Assembly: GCA_951406725.2 (NCBI GenBank)
Contig: OX597823.1
Span: 87,792,001 to 87,856,000 of the forward strand
Direction of reading: 5' to 3'
DNA from: Octopus vulgaris
Lineage: Eukaryota
DNA length: 64,000 nucleotides
Shown here: positions 1 to 12,712 of the stretch, in pieces
Position numbering within the stretch: the first letter of the stretch is position 1
How the letters are laid out: every line of letters starts with the position of its first letter
Made by a program: the position numbers and the translations under genes
Notes under the pieces: model-generated
What the model was told of the DNA's origin: nothing
Databases searched by the model: none
Seen by the model: only the letters and a program-made list of their open reading frames with translations

Positions 1-26
1 AAAAACAACAATGATGATGACGATTT

Positions 27-203
27 CAAATTTTGGCACAGGGGTTGCAAGTCGATTACATGGACACCATTACTCAACTGGTAGTTATTTTATCGACCCT
101 GAGTGTGGGAAAAGTAAAGTCGGCCTCAGGGAAATGTTGAACTCGGGTTTAATGCCTCTAAGCATTAGGTTCGCGTGTTAAGAATTCTACACACTCGCCG
201 CCT
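27..203 (-). mobile_element. SINE family A copy (degenerate)
   Basis: Reverse complement matches the recurring GGCGG(T/C)GAG...GAGGTCGACTTT...GGGTCGATAAA..AGTACCAGT..GTCGAT..AATCGAC unit seen at 11079, 15512 and 54685. Confidence 0.7.
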
Positions 204-324
204 TAATAATAATTACAAAATCAACAAAACGACGACAACGACGACAACGCAGACAACAACAGCAATAATAATAATGAAAATAATAATGAGAAGAGGTAGT
301 AGAAGAGGTCGAAGACGAAGAAGA

Positions 325-376
<52 letters not shown>

Positions 377-699
377 ATAGTAGTAGTAGTAGTAGAAGAA
401 GAAGAAGAAGAAGAAGAAGAAGAAGAAGAAGAAAGAGAGGAGGATGAGGAGGAGGAGGAGTAAGAAGAAAGAGGAACGAAGAAGAAGAAGAAGAAGAAGA
501 AGAAGAAGAAGAGGAGGAGTAAGAAGAAAGAAGAACGAAGAAGAAGAAGAAGAAGAAGAAGAAGAAGAAGAAGAAGAAGAAGAAGAAGAAGAAGAAGAAG
601 AAAAAAAGAAAAAGAAGAAGAAGAAGAAGAAGAAGAAGAAAAAGAAGGAGAAGAAGAAAAAGAAGGAGAAGAAGAAAAAGAAGAGGAAGAGGAAGCAGA

Positions 700-731
<32 letters not shown>

Positions 732-793
732 AAGAAGAAGAAGAAGAAGAAGAAGAAGAAGAAGAAGAAGAAGAAGAAGAAGAAGAAGAAGAA
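204..793. repeat. Compound trinucleotide microsatellite (AAT/ACA/AGT/AGA/AGG/GCA/GAA)
   Basis: Tandem triplets directly visible; they explain ORFs 175..447, 187..945, 213..833 and 444..713. Confidence 0.95.
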
Positions 794-1279
794 ATAAAAA
801 AAATTTTGATTGGACAGTACTTTCTAAATTCAAAGTATATGTAAGAAAATGGGAAATACAAATTTATGATAGTCATTATTGAAAAGAATCGAAGATAAAA
901 CATTGAAATAACGTCTACGAAGCAAAGAATTTTGGCTTCCCTCATTAGTCATATGACCTCTTAAGTGTGCGTGTCGACTTTTCCATTTTCTGAAATGTTA
1001 AAACAAATTTGGAAACTTCATTTTGAAATATTGTCTGTTAATGTAATTTTTCCTCATAATATGATAGAAAATTGCGATATTGCGACAAAATAAGAAAAAC
1101 AAACATCTATACGACCGCCGTTCACGTTACTGTTTCGGTTGTGCGACACAGGCATATTCGGTTATATACAATTTACTTTCCTCTTCTTTGTATGAATACA
1201 TGCAAATATTCGTACGTTAGATTTATAGGTGTATGCAAATGTCTATGTATAAATGTCTCTCCCACACGTCTGTCTCGCA

Positions 1280-1356
1280 ATATATATATACATATATATA
1301 AATGTATATATACATACACATATATATGTATAGAGATATATGTATATATATATATC

Positions 1357-1394
<38 letters not shown>

Positions 1395-1519
1395 CAAATA
1401 TATAACATATATATACAGATACACATGCATATGTATATATATATATATACATATATATGCATATATATATGTATATATATATATATATATGTATATATAT
1501 GTATATATATATGTATATA

Positions 1520-1584
<65 letters not shown>

Positions 1585-1622
1585 GTACACTTAAACACAA
1601 ACGCATATATATATATATATAT
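1280..1622. repeat. (AT)n microsatellite
   Basis: Directly visible; one of many such tracts (e.g. 9841, 17716, 25985, 28545, 36016, 39012 (ATGT)n, 63270-64000). Confidence 0.95.
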
Positions 1623-2442
1623 TCCACAGTAGTTTATGAAACTATTTCTGATTGTTACTTTTCTATTCAACGTTACTTGTGCAGAATTCTTGGCTGGTTT
1701 TTCAATTTAGAATTTATAAAAAACAAAACAGAAGAATATATAGATTACTATTTTACCTACAATATTCAACGAAGAAATATGTTTTTGATTAGCTAAGCAA
1801 TTCTGAGTTTTATAACCACGGGAGAATATCAGAGGGAAGATAGGATTGCATAGCAAGGAGAAAATAGAAAAAAAAAAAAACTTAATGGAAGAGAATGAAT
1901 GCCAGTTGTGACTCAGCACATGAACCTGAGAAATTTACGTGATATTATTTCGTAATATCACTTTAGTAAACTGAATATCTATAAATTTTATTATACAGGA
2001 CACACACAGACTTATCCACAGACAGACTCGAAAACACACACAGAAATATACATATAAACCAATGAATATAGCCGAAGACGGAAAGGTGAGCAGAAGGAAC
2101 AGACAAAAGGAAATAATGTTATAGTCTTGACTGTAGCGAAAATGCTAAGACAGAAATTATCCAAATCTTGATATTTTGGTCGTCAGGCAAGGATATGATG
2201 ACTCTAAGGTATTTTAAACTTAGAGATAATATATTCTGATGCTAGTAACGCTGAAATGTTGAATGTAAATTAGCTGAGAGAGTGATCTAGTCATAAAAGA
2301 AGCACTATTTGATATATTCTGTATAGATGGCAGCACCTATACTGAGATGTGAATAGTAATGAATTATGTGTATAAGATGAATAAAAAAAATGTAATATGA
2401 CAGCGGAGTGAGAATACAAAACGGAGTATCTTCATCATCATA

Positions 2443-2502
<60 letters not shown>

Positions 2503-3420
2503 GTTACTTTTAATCTGCATGTTTGTTACAGTCACTTGCCGATACACACCCTGAGTCCTAGGGTGACAGAAGGATAAGCGATGTTACAGTGTAACTGAAT
2601 AATTGGGGACGAGAGGTAGTAAAATATATTCATGTAATACTAGACAGGCATTTACATAGGTAGGGTTTTTCTAAGGATGTGGGCAGTAATTGTCAGCACA
2701 ATCTTTTGGATTACTCTGAGACATGATTCTCCCGGAATTTTATCTAGATGTTTCTGACCTCTATTTTTTTATCATACTTAGGGCATCCATAATAACAGGA
2801 ACAGTTCTCGTTTTAAGATGCCACATCTTTTGTATTTCAATTTCCACGTCCTTATATTTACTTAGTTTGTCAAATTCCTTGACAGATATATTTATATCAG
2901 TGGGAACACTTACAAGAATTTTCTTCATTGTCTTTAATAACTATCTCTGGTTTATTAGCCTGTATCGTTCTGTCAGTTTTGACTGTAAAATCCCAGAGGA
3001 TAGTGACATTTTTACCTTAAAAAACTGGCTCAGAATGGTGTTCGTACTAATAAGTAAGAGTGCCGATGTTGTAGTCTTTAAATATTTTCCAATGTAAATA
3101 CTACCCTCCCATATCGTGAAGATTTTTATATTTGTTTGGTGTAGGCACAGAGCATCTCGAGACAAGATGGTCTCGTCAAATGTATCACAGAATCTACATT
3201 TTGGGTCAGAACCGTTTTGCAAAACGTTAGCCGGGTAGTTTTTTGTGAGCAAGATTTGGTCTTGTGCCGCCAGATATAAAGCCTTCAGTCTCTGCTGTCG
3301 GTCCTGAATTTCTCAGACTTTGATCGGTTGTTGCTTGATCTACATCAGCATTTCGACTTCGAAGTATATACTATCCATGCAGAGGCTTCTGACTCCATCG
3401 CTCTTCAATTTTTTCTGTCG
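2443..3420 (-). mobile_element. Dong/R4-like RLE non-LTR retrotransposon, 3' fragment with (TAA)n tail
   Basis: Minus-strand translation gives AAQDQ.L.TKNY...DPKCRFCDTFDET (Zn knuckle), WDFTVKTDRTIQANKPEIV and VSVPTDINISVKEFDKLSKYKDVEIEIQKMWHLKT (restriction-like endonuclease), with frameshifts; ends in (TAA)n at 2443-2500. Confidence 0.85.
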
Positions 3421-3928
3421 GTTTTTTTATTTGCTTCTTTTGTTTTGGAATCGACTAATCTTATCCCCTAAATTTCAGTCTTTGTTTGCATATTAGAAAG
3501 AATTATTATTAGACAATAACGTGGCTGAATCAGTAGATTTTCAGAAAATTGCCATGCGTTATTTACAATTTGGTTGCAAATTCTACGGAAGTCAAATTTG
3601 CCTTTTTTTCCCCCAGAGTTCATAAGATATAGTCCTAGTCAAAGGTTTTAAATAATCGTTCCCACAAAATTTCTGGCCTTCGGACAATTATTATATTGTT
3701 ATCGAGCTAGCAGCATTGATTAGCGTGTTAGACAAAATGCTTAGCAGCATTTCTTTTACCATTATATTCAAATACCACAAGTGTCAACAATTCTTTTTAT
3801 CCTTTCGGTTTCGACAAAATATAGTACGGTTCAAAGTAATCCACTAGCAACGTACGGATCAACGTAATCCACTAGCAACCGAACAGGCGTCGAAATCGTA
3901 CAATGAGTAGCACGAATGGCAAAATGTA

Positions 3929-4403
3929 TTACTCTTTACTCTCTTTTACTTGTCTCAGTCATTTGACAGCGGCCATGCTGGATCACCACCTTTAATCGAG
4001 CAATTCGCCCCCGCGACTTTTCCTTTTGTAAGCCCAGTACTTATTCTATCGGTCTCTTTCACCGAACCGCTAAGTAACGGGGACATAAACACACCACCAT
4101 CGGTTGTCAAGCAATGCTAGGGGGACAAACACAGACACACAAACATACACACACGCATATATATATATGTACATATATATACATATACATATATATATAT
4201 ATACATATACATATATATATATATACATATACATATATACGACGGGCTTCTTTCAGTTCCCGTCTACCAAATCCACTCACAAGGCTTTGGTCGGCCCGAG
4301 ACTATAGTAGAAGACACCTGCCCAAGGTGTCACGCAGTGGGACTGAACCCGAAACCATGTGGTTGGTAAACAAGCTACTTACCACACAGCCACTCCTGCG
4401 CCT
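3929..4403 (-). mobile_element. SINE family B, near full length (tRNA-like head, CORE-like body, internal AT/GT microsatellite)
   Basis: Minus strand reads GGCGCAGGAGTGGCTGTGTGGTAAG..GGGTTCAGTCCC..GTGACACCTTGGGCAGGTGTC and ends CAGCATGGCCGCTGTCAAATGACTGAGACAAGTAAAAGAG; same family as 46146-46522. Confidence 0.85.
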
Positions 4404-4579
4404 ATTTCGGCATTACGTGAAGCATTATGCTCAGGGGTCAATTTCTCCTTTCATTCTCTCGAAGTCGATAAAATAAATACTGGTGAAAAACTGAGGTCAA
4501 TGTAATCGAGTAGCCCATCTTGTCCCTCATGTCCCTCTTGCAAAAACGCCCAGAGGACTTCAATTTGCTACTTTCTTAA

Positions 4580-4862
4580 TCATCATCATCGTTGTTGTTT
4601 AACGTCCACAGGGGTTGGACTGTCTGACTGAGGGCTGGCAAGCCAGAAGCCTGCACCAGGCTCCAATCTGATCTTGCAAAGTTTCTACAGCTGGATGCCA
4701 TTCCTAACCCCAACAACTCCGGAAGTGTAGTGGGTGCTTTTTACGTGCCACCGGCACGAGGGCCAGTCAGGCGGTAATGACATCGACCACGCTTGAATGT
4801 TGCTTTTTACGTGCCACCGACACGGGAGCCAGTCAGGTGACGCTGGTAACGACGCCACCGAT
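4580..4862 (-). mobile_element. SINE/LINE-type 3' portion with (GAT)n tail and internal ~67-bp tandem duplication
   Basis: Minus strand has GGAATGGCATCCAGCTGTAGAAAC...GGACGTTAAAC then GATGATGAT; TTTTTACGTGCCACCG.CACG..GCCAGTCAGG occurs at ~4738 and ~4804. Confidence 0.55.
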
Positions 4863-4869
4863 GTCATCT

Positions 4870-5400
4870 CTTTTAATTTCTAATCCGTAAGTGTTATATT
4901 TTCTTGTGCCATTCCGACTGTCATTCTTTTTAAATTCTCGTAATAAGTCTGCCGTTATTCTATGTAAGACGTCTTTGCTCCAGATTTCTGAGCAGAATTT
5001 CCTTATTGCTTCAGCATCTGGCATATCATTTCCCCGATGCTCCACACCATTGTTCACTTGTTTATAGCATTCTTTTTCTTTATTCATTAAGAGTCCATCC
5101 TGCCGAAAATGATTCGTTCTCTGTTCGTATTCATTAGTTTGCTTTTTTTTCACCCAAAAATGTATTGTTTCATTGTTTTATTCTTTAACGATTGTGTGTT
5201 ATGTCCTTAGCTGCCCTTTGCAGTTCGTTCTTGCTTCTCTCCCTCACACACATTGCTATGATTGCAAGTATCCATCCAAAGTCTCTAGTGAACAGTTGGA
5301 TTTGGTCCTCATCCCTTCGATCCCACAATGATATTTTGTCCTATGTTTTTTTTTTGTTTCTTTTTTCAATTTTAACTTCAAGAGTTTTCTCAGCGACATA
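4870..5400 (-). mobile_element. Dong/R4-like LINE fragment (region upstream of RT)
   Basis: ORF 4833..5153 (YEQRTNHFRQDGLLMNKEKECYKQV...PDAEAIRKFCSEIWSKDVLH..ADLL) resembles the RQN.LF..N.K.FY / P......FW..IW....HN..A.W block of R4/Dong ORFs. Confidence 0.6.
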
Positions 5401-6639
5401 AGCTGCGTAGGCTCGTTCAGAACTCTTGTGTTTTCGCTGTAGATTTTCGTTAACAGAATGAAATGCTGAATATAAAAAAAAATAAAGAACGGATATTCAT
5501 GGATGGAATGCCATAGATGAAAAATATTGCTGGGTCCTGCCTGTACTATTAGGAATCGTATAAAAAATTGAGATTTGTTGTGTAGTAGATAAATAAACAA
5601 ATTATTGCATATAAATTTTAACAAGAAAATCTTATATAGACCCTCGAAGGACCATATGGACTCCAGTCGAGAAGCATTGGTGTAGAAATTCTCTTGGGAA
5701 TTTGATAACCAAAATACTGAAGGAATGTGTGAAGCCTGATCTGAAAACTTTGAGCATATTAGATGAGTCGAATCATGATTGAAAATACTATTATTCGCCA
5801 TAATATAAAACTGTAAAACAAGATAACCTCTACATAACAGATCGACCTACAAGATATAGCGGATAAATGCCCATAACATGAGAGGCTATCGTTTTTATAT
5901 GGAAGGATATAGTGGATAATGTTTTTCCATATTCATGATCTAAAAATAAGAAGTGATGAAATCTGTTTGACCATAGACCCGTTTCATCAGTTTTGATCAA
6001 AGCCAAAACTAAAACAACTGGACGCTACACGTTATTTTTTTCTCATTTTTTATTGCAATATGTTGATGCTGATGTCGATGATTATGATGATAATAATGAT
6101 TCTGATGCTGATACCCATGATAATGGAGATGCTTCCGCTGCTGCTGATGATGATAATGATAATGATGTTGAACATTAACATGATCATGAGACATCATCAT
6201 CATCACCACTGTTGTAAACACCATCACTATTGTGACCATCATATTTCGTATCCTTCCCTTCCACCACTTCCTCCCCATCATCACCATCATCATCGTCCTC
6301 CTCATCATCAGCTGATGCAGCAGCAACATCATTGTCAAGCTTATCATGATTCCTATAATGATCAAAGCATTTGGCCCTGTTTATTACGTCAACACACAAC
6401 GATGACGCAAACATTAGGTTCACCGAATGGGGATTTATATCCTTTCGGAAAAAAAAGTAATTACAGCTATCTTTATTCGTTTCGAATCTTATTCAAAAAT
6501 CTATTCTTTAGAGTACAGCTGGGTTGCTTCAGAGATGATTAGCTTCAGAATGGGATAGTACATGTCAAAATAATTATACATTCTTTATATTTCGAACGTG
6601 AATTTGTGTAGTTGTATATGTAGGAGATGAGGAATCATG

Positions 6640-6746
6640 TATATTAATTATATTATTTACATTTGACGGATATTTTTCCTCATCTTGTTTGTTGTTAACA
6701 CAACGTTTCGGTTGATATACCCTCCAGCCTTCATCAGGTGTCTTGT
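6640..6746 (-). mobile_element. 3' part of hammerhead-bearing SINE family E
   Basis: Near-identical to 27590-27690 (-) and to 7486-7560 (+). Confidence 0.75.
6697..6742 (-). ncRNA. Minimal type I hammerhead ribozyme motif
   Basis: Minus strand: GACAC-CUGAUGA-A-GGCUG(GAGGGUAUAU)CAACC-GAAA-CG-UU-GUGUU; stem I GACAC/GUGUU, intact core, palindromic loopless stem III (AACGUU). Confidence 0.7.
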
Positions 6747-6749
6747 AGT

Positions 6750-7160
6750 TGTTTGACCTTAACCAGTTGAGCATGTCCCTTAGTGGCTGACGATATGTGC
6801 ATCTCTGATCATGAGCAGAAGTAGTGGGGGAGCATCATAGCCATGTGTTGAGAGGGATTCTTTGGGGTTTGAATAGTTCACCTCTGGAAACATGGGTGGT
6901 TCTTTCAACATCCTTAAACAACCCTTATTCAGGGACCGTTTGAGCGGGATGGGTTACTCAACCTGAAAAAAGTTCTAACTGGGCCCCACCTGCAAGGTCA
7001 TGTGCTGTTTATCTTGATATGAGATCACCATGTCGCGCACATATGGTTGTGATGCATGTGTCTGGTGTACCTTTATCAGACGGGTAGTCATGATGGGTAT
7101 ATTGGGCTTCGTATCTTTTACCCCAGTGTCACTTTGATGGCATGAACTGCTCTCTCACTC
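6750..7160 (+). mobile_element. Non-coding ~410-bp putative interspersed element ending in (AAT)n
   Basis: GC-richer block that abruptly interrupts family E and ends CTCTCTCACTC-(AAT)n; class unresolved (possibly a LINE 3' UTR or non-autonomous derivative). Confidence 0.45.
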
Positions 7161-7436
<276 letters not shown>

Positions 7437-7560
7437 AACATCGAAAAATAAATTAGGAATGAGAACCCAAGTTTGAAATTTCCGCAAGACACCTGATGAA
7501 AACGTTGTGTTAACTACATACATGATGAGGGCAGATATCCGTCAAATGTAAATAATATAA
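7437..7560 (+). mobile_element. SINE family E body, hammerhead stem II deleted
   Basis: TCGAAAAATA..TTAGGAATGAGAACCCA.GTTTGAAATTTCC.CAAGACACCTGATGAA^AACGTTGTGTTAAC...TATCCGTCAAATGTAAATAAT. Confidence 0.75.
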
Positions 7561-7716
7561 ATCAACCTGTGTGGTTAACAAACACGATTTAGCAGCCATA
7601 CGTTTCCTTGCTCAATCCTCCTATGCGTCACCTTGTTTTTTTTTTGTTTTTTTACTACATCTTTGAGTAGACCAAAGCCTTGTGAGGTAATTTGGTAGTG
7701 ATAAACTGTGTGAAAT

Positions 7717-8010
7717 GTGGAGGCATATGGCCTAGTGGTTAGAGCAGCGGACTCGTGGTTGAGGGATCGTGGGTTTGAATCTCAGACCGGGAGATGTGTG
7801 CGTTTATCAGCGAATCACCTAAGCCCCATACGGCTCCAGCAGAAGGTAATAGCAAACTTCTGCTGACTCTTTCAGCGCAACTTTCTCTCACTCTTTCCTC
7901 CTGTATCTAGCAGTTCAGCTGCGACGGACCGGTGTGCTGTCCAGGTGGGGTACCTATGAAACAGGGGAATCGGCCCTTATGAGCCAGGCATGTCTCGAGA
8001 AGAAACAAGC
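7717..8010 (+). mobile_element. tRNA-derived SINE (family C-type head)
   Basis: GTGGAGGCATATGGCCTAGTGGTTAGAGCAGCGGACTCG..GGGTTTGAATCTC with A- and B-box-like motifs; head matches 38284 and 40988 copies. Confidence 0.7.
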
Positions 8011-8276
8011 AACAGAACAACAAATTGTGTAAAATACCGTCGTATATATGTGCTTTTGCGCTTGCAGCTGTCCTCGCTCTCCACCGGTGCTGGGTTGTTT
8101 ATGTCCTCGTAATGGAGCGGATCGGCAAAAAGTGAGGTGAGAACAAGGACTAGATTTGGGAATAAAATGAATACTGGTATTCGTTGGTTCGACTAAAGTT
8201 TTTATGGAATTGTTTCTGAAACGAGAGAGTGAAACAAAGATGTCATAAAATATTATATAAGAATGAAGTACGTTAT

Positions 8277-8343
<67 letters not shown>

Positions 8344-8349
8344 ATTAAA

Positions 8350-8700
8350 AATATATATAAAAATACAAAATGGGACAAGAACGCAAAACATTCAAATAGA
8401 CGACACAAAAAACGGACGGGTCATTCGAAGCCTCTAATCTTCTGTCAATTCGGCTGATTAATCTTGAGATCTCTCCGATCCGGCCAGCCCCAAGGAAAAA
8501 CTACGCTACGAGCATTAGATTTCTTTGGAAAAGGATCGAATGTATACGAAACAAGGACAGCAAACCGGACGATGTCACACGAATATAAATACAAAAAAAA
8601 AACAAAAGGTAATATGAATATAAATACAAAAAGACAATAATAATAATAATTACAGGACAAAAACAACAGGCGTCTTTCGACTTTAGACAGTTCAACTTAG
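8350..8700 (-). mobile_element. Dispersed repeat (PLE-terminal-like), opposite-orientation copy at ~41400-41690
   Basis: Shared segments TTTTTCCTTGGGGCTGG...AATCAGCCGAA, CGAATGACCCGTCC and GTCCCATTTTGTA. Confidence 0.55.
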
Positions 8701-9625
8701 CTTAGCTGGCGTATTTGAAAGATAATGCTTTACGGCAGACGAAAAGATTCGATATGTCTGTGTGTTATCTTGTGTCTCTGCTTCTCCCATCAGGGCTTGA
8801 CAACCATGTTTATGTAACTCGTAATATAGCGGTTCGACAATGGTGACCGATAGAATAAATACCAGGCTTAAAAAGAAAAAAATATCCTGGGGGTATATTC
8901 ATTCAACTAACTCTTCTTCAAGGCATAGCCGTAGTATAAGAAGTAAAAGATAACAGATACCTTTACACACACTTACATTCACACAAATAAACACAATTAT
9001 ATCCTGGGTAAATAAATAATGAGTTTCTATTTTCAGCAACGTGACTCAGTTTATATGTTTTTAATTCCAGACTCTTTACGTTGAATACAGAGAAGCTTTT
9101 AGTAATAGTTATCTGATGAATCATGTAAAAGTTGGAAATGATAGCCATTTTAACGCAAATTAAGTTTATGAATTTTATGTACAGATGTCTTTGAGAGATT
9201 GAGTGTGCTCTACTGCTGAACGACCAGATATCCATGAATTTTCTTTAATGGTCTGACTCACAGCATCATCTCATATATTGGGCGTCTACTTTTATTCTTT
9301 CATCGTGTGCAGCGCCATTTTGTTTAAATGTCTTGTTGTTGTTGTTGTTGTTGTTGTTCTTCTTCTTCTTCTTCTTCTTCTTCTTCTTCTTCTTCTTCTT
9401 CTTCTTCTTCTTTAGCCTTACACATTTCTTTAATCTTGTTTTTGATTTTTCTGTTCTTTTCTTATTCTTGATTGCTTTACTGCTGTATGTATGTATGTAT
9501 GTATGTATGTATGTATGTATGTATGTATGTATGTATGTATGTATGCATGTATGTATGTATGCATGTATGTATGCATGTACGTTTGTATGTATGTATGTAT
9601 GTATGTATGTGTATGTATATATACT

Positions 9626-9836
9626 CATTTACTTGTTTCGGCCATTTGACTGCGGCCATGATGGAGCACCGCCTTTAGTCGAGGAAATCGACCCAAATAC
9701 TTATTCTTTGTAAGCCTAGTACTTATTCTATCGGTCTCTTTTGGCGAACCGCTAAATTACAGGGACGTAAACACACCAGCATCGGTTGTCTAGCAATGTT
9801 GAGTGGGGTAGGACAAACACAGATACACAAACACAC

Positions 9837-9840
<4 letters not shown>
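9626..9840 (-). mobile_element. SINE family B 3' half
   Basis: Matches 3929-4140. Confidence 0.8.
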
Positions 9841-9900
<60 letters not shown>

Positions 9901-9905
<5 letters not shown>

Positions 9906-10115
9906 TAATCCAAACAAGAAAACACAAAAAAAAAAGAGAAAAAAACACAGCAACGCAGGACGTGGAACAATTAAAGTATTATTGACGCTCAGGAAAGAAG
10001 GGAAGGAGGGTTTAACGTTTCGAGCGGAGCTCTTCGTCGGAAACAAGGAGAAGGAAAGATCCCAAGGAGGGAAGACAGAGGAGACAATATTTGAGCTGGT
10101 GGTGCTTAAGAGATC
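9901..10115 (-). mobile_element. PLE-terminal-like repeat family F carrying a hammerhead motif
   Basis: Reverse complement nearly identical to ~46960-47140; flanked by (AT)n on both sides. Confidence 0.7.
10010..10044 (-). ncRNA. Minimal hammerhead-like motif (CCGACGA core variant)
   Basis: GUUU-CCGACGA-A-GAGC(UCC)GCUC-GAAA-CG-UU-AAAC; stems I and II pair, stem III palindromic. Confidence 0.55.
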
Positions 10116-10140
10116 ATATATATATATATATATATATATA

Positions 10141-10310
10141 CTCATTTACTTGTTTCGGCCATTTGACTGCAGCCATGATGGAGCACCGCTTTTAGTCGAG
10201 GAAATCGACCCAAATACTTATTCTTTGTAAGCCTAGTACAAGTAGAAGACACTTGCCCAAGGTGCCACACAGTATGACTGAAATCGGAATCATTTCGTTG
10301 GTGAGCAGGC
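10141..10310 (-). mobile_element. SINE family B, tail fused directly to head part (internal deletion)
   Basis: 10141-10239 duplicates 9626-9723, then jumps to AGTAGAAGACACTTGCCCAAGGTGCC. Confidence 0.7.
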
Positions 10311-10922
10311 TATATATATATGTATATAGATAGATATATATGTTTTGTGTGTGCGCCTGCGTAGGTGCATGTGTGTTTGTTCGTGCGTATGTGCGTGTGT
10401 GTATGTGTTTGTCCTGCACCACCATTTAACAACCATTGTTGGTTTGTTTACGTCCTCCGTAATTTAACAATTCGACAAATAGAACCGATAGAATAAGTAC
10501 CATGTTGAAAGAGTACATAAGTAGTCGACTTGTTCAAGTAAACCCTTCAAGTCGCTGCCAAAGCATGGTCGCAGTCCATGACTGAAGCAACTAAAAGCAC
10601 CCAAATAAACCATGAAAATATCCGGTAATGTTAGACATTTTCTAACTAAAACCACATTTCTATGTATTGCACTTATCTTAAGGATCACTATTATATATTT
10701 CAAAGTTCGACACATGATCAGCAATTTCTGGGCAATGTTAAGTCTGTTAAATGCACTCTAGCGTTCAAATAGTATTTATTTTATCGATCGCAAAGGAAGG
10801 AAAGGCAAAATAGTCAACATCAGCGAAGTTTTGAAATCAGAATATAGAGACCAAAGAAGTGTGCAAAGCATTTTGTTCAGTGTGCTCTTTAATGCTAAAA
10901 GTTATTGTTAATATGTTTTCTA

Positions 10923-11076
10923 GTGGAGGTGTGTGGCTTAGTCGTTAGGCGTGTTAGATCCAAAGATTGTGGTTTCGATTCCTGGACCGGGGGGCGCGTT
11001 GTGTTCCTGAGCAAAACACTTCATTTCACGTCGCTCCAGTTCACTCAGCTGGCGAATATGAATAACCCTGCAATGG
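10923..11076 (+). mobile_element. tRNA-headed SINE family D
   Basis: GTGGCTTAGTCG (A box-like), GGTTTCGATTCC (B box-like), GAGCAAAACACTTCATTTCACGTCGCTCCAGTTCACTCAG; related copy at 46616-46790. Confidence 0.6.
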
Positions 11077-11078
11077 AA

Positions 11079-11270
11079 GGCGGTGAGCTGGTGCACCGGG
11101 CGAAATGCATAGCGGTATTTCGTCTGTCGCTAAGTTCTGTGCTCAAAATTGTACCTAAGTCGACTTTGCCTTTCACCTTTTTGAGATCGACGAAATAAGT
11201 ACCAGTTACGTACTGGGGTCGATATAATCGATTGGCCCCCTTCGCCAAAAATTTTCAAGGTGTTGTACCA
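11079..11270 (+). mobile_element. SINE family A copy
   Basis: GGCGGTGAGCTGG..GGGCGAAATGC.TAGCGGTATTTCGTCTG..GTTCTG.G.TCAAA..GTCGACTTTGCCTTTCA..AAGTACCAGTTACG.ACTGGGGTCGATATAATCGA. Confidence 0.8.
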
Positions 11271-12017
11271 AGAGCAAAAATAGTTATTAATATATTTTCC
11301 GTCGTAGGATATTTTTTTCATGTTTAAGACACACACACATAAAGAAAATAAAAGCTATCATGCGATGAGGACAAACAAGCAATGTCTGCTATAAAAGAAG
11401 ATACAGGTGAAGAGTACGACGAAGGCGGTGAAAGTGGAGCGAGATTCATATTTACTGAGTTTAATGTACGTGGGAATAGCTAATGAAGTTCCTGAATATA
11501 ATCCCTTCTTCCCTTGTAATCTTAATTTCTTATTACTGCTCTGTACTCGACTAACGTTTTTGTTCTAAACCGTATGCATATTACGTTCTATCTTCGCTAT
11601 ACCGAAGCGAAATAATAATGGTAATAAACGTATATATATATATATATATATATATACGCGCGCAAACAGAAAATACGTTGCTATAAGCAGATATCTATGT
11701 TCTATGGCTACGTATAACTGAATGTGTATGCGTCTGTATATGTTCAAAGAAGCGCTGAGAGAAGCATAAACCTTTTAGAATATAGTTAGTAGTTAGATGC
11801 GTGAGAGAAGGAAAAGGAGAGAATGTAAGGGAAAGATAATGGAAGGAAAGAATAAGGAAGAGAGTGAGAAAAAGAAATAGAAGGAAAAGGACAAAAAAAC
11901 GTGTCTAAGAGGAGATGAGATAGAACGTCTGTGCAACTTTCTAATAGGTGTGCAAATATCTAGATAATATAATATCAACGTAAACAACAAAAACTAAAAT
12001 AGCAATGGTAATTTTTG

Positions 12018-12063
12018 TTGTAGTAGTAATAATAATAATGATAATGATAATAATAATAATAGT

Positions 12064-12131
<68 letters not shown>

Positions 12132-12289
12132 TAATAATAATGATAATAATAGTAAGAAGAAGAACAAGAAGAAGTATTTAGGAATACATTAAAGATAATA
12201 CTGATAATAATGGTAGATCGCCTAGTCACTTCAATAATAGCAATAAAACAGTAATAATGATAATAATTATATTAGAAATAATAATAATG

Positions 12290-12355
<66 letters not shown>

Positions 12356-12398
12356 GTACTACTACTACTACTACTACTACTACTAATACTACTACCAC

Positions 12399-12437
<39 letters not shown>

Positions 12438-12450
12438 TAATAATAATAGT

Positions 12451-12490
<40 letters not shown>

Positions 12491-12507
12491 GTATTAATAA
12501 TAATAGT

Positions 12508-12575
<68 letters not shown>

Positions 12576-12712
12576 TGATGTTTATGACGACGACGACGAC
12601 GGCGGCGATGATGATGATGATGGTGGTGGTGGTAGTGGTGGTGGTGGTGGTGGTGATGATGATGATGATGATGATGATAGGAACGACGTCGAGGATAATG
12701 ATAATGATAATA
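12018..12712. repeat. Compound (AAT)n/(ACT)n/(GAT)n/(GGT)n microsatellite
   Basis: Directly visible. Confidence 0.9.
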
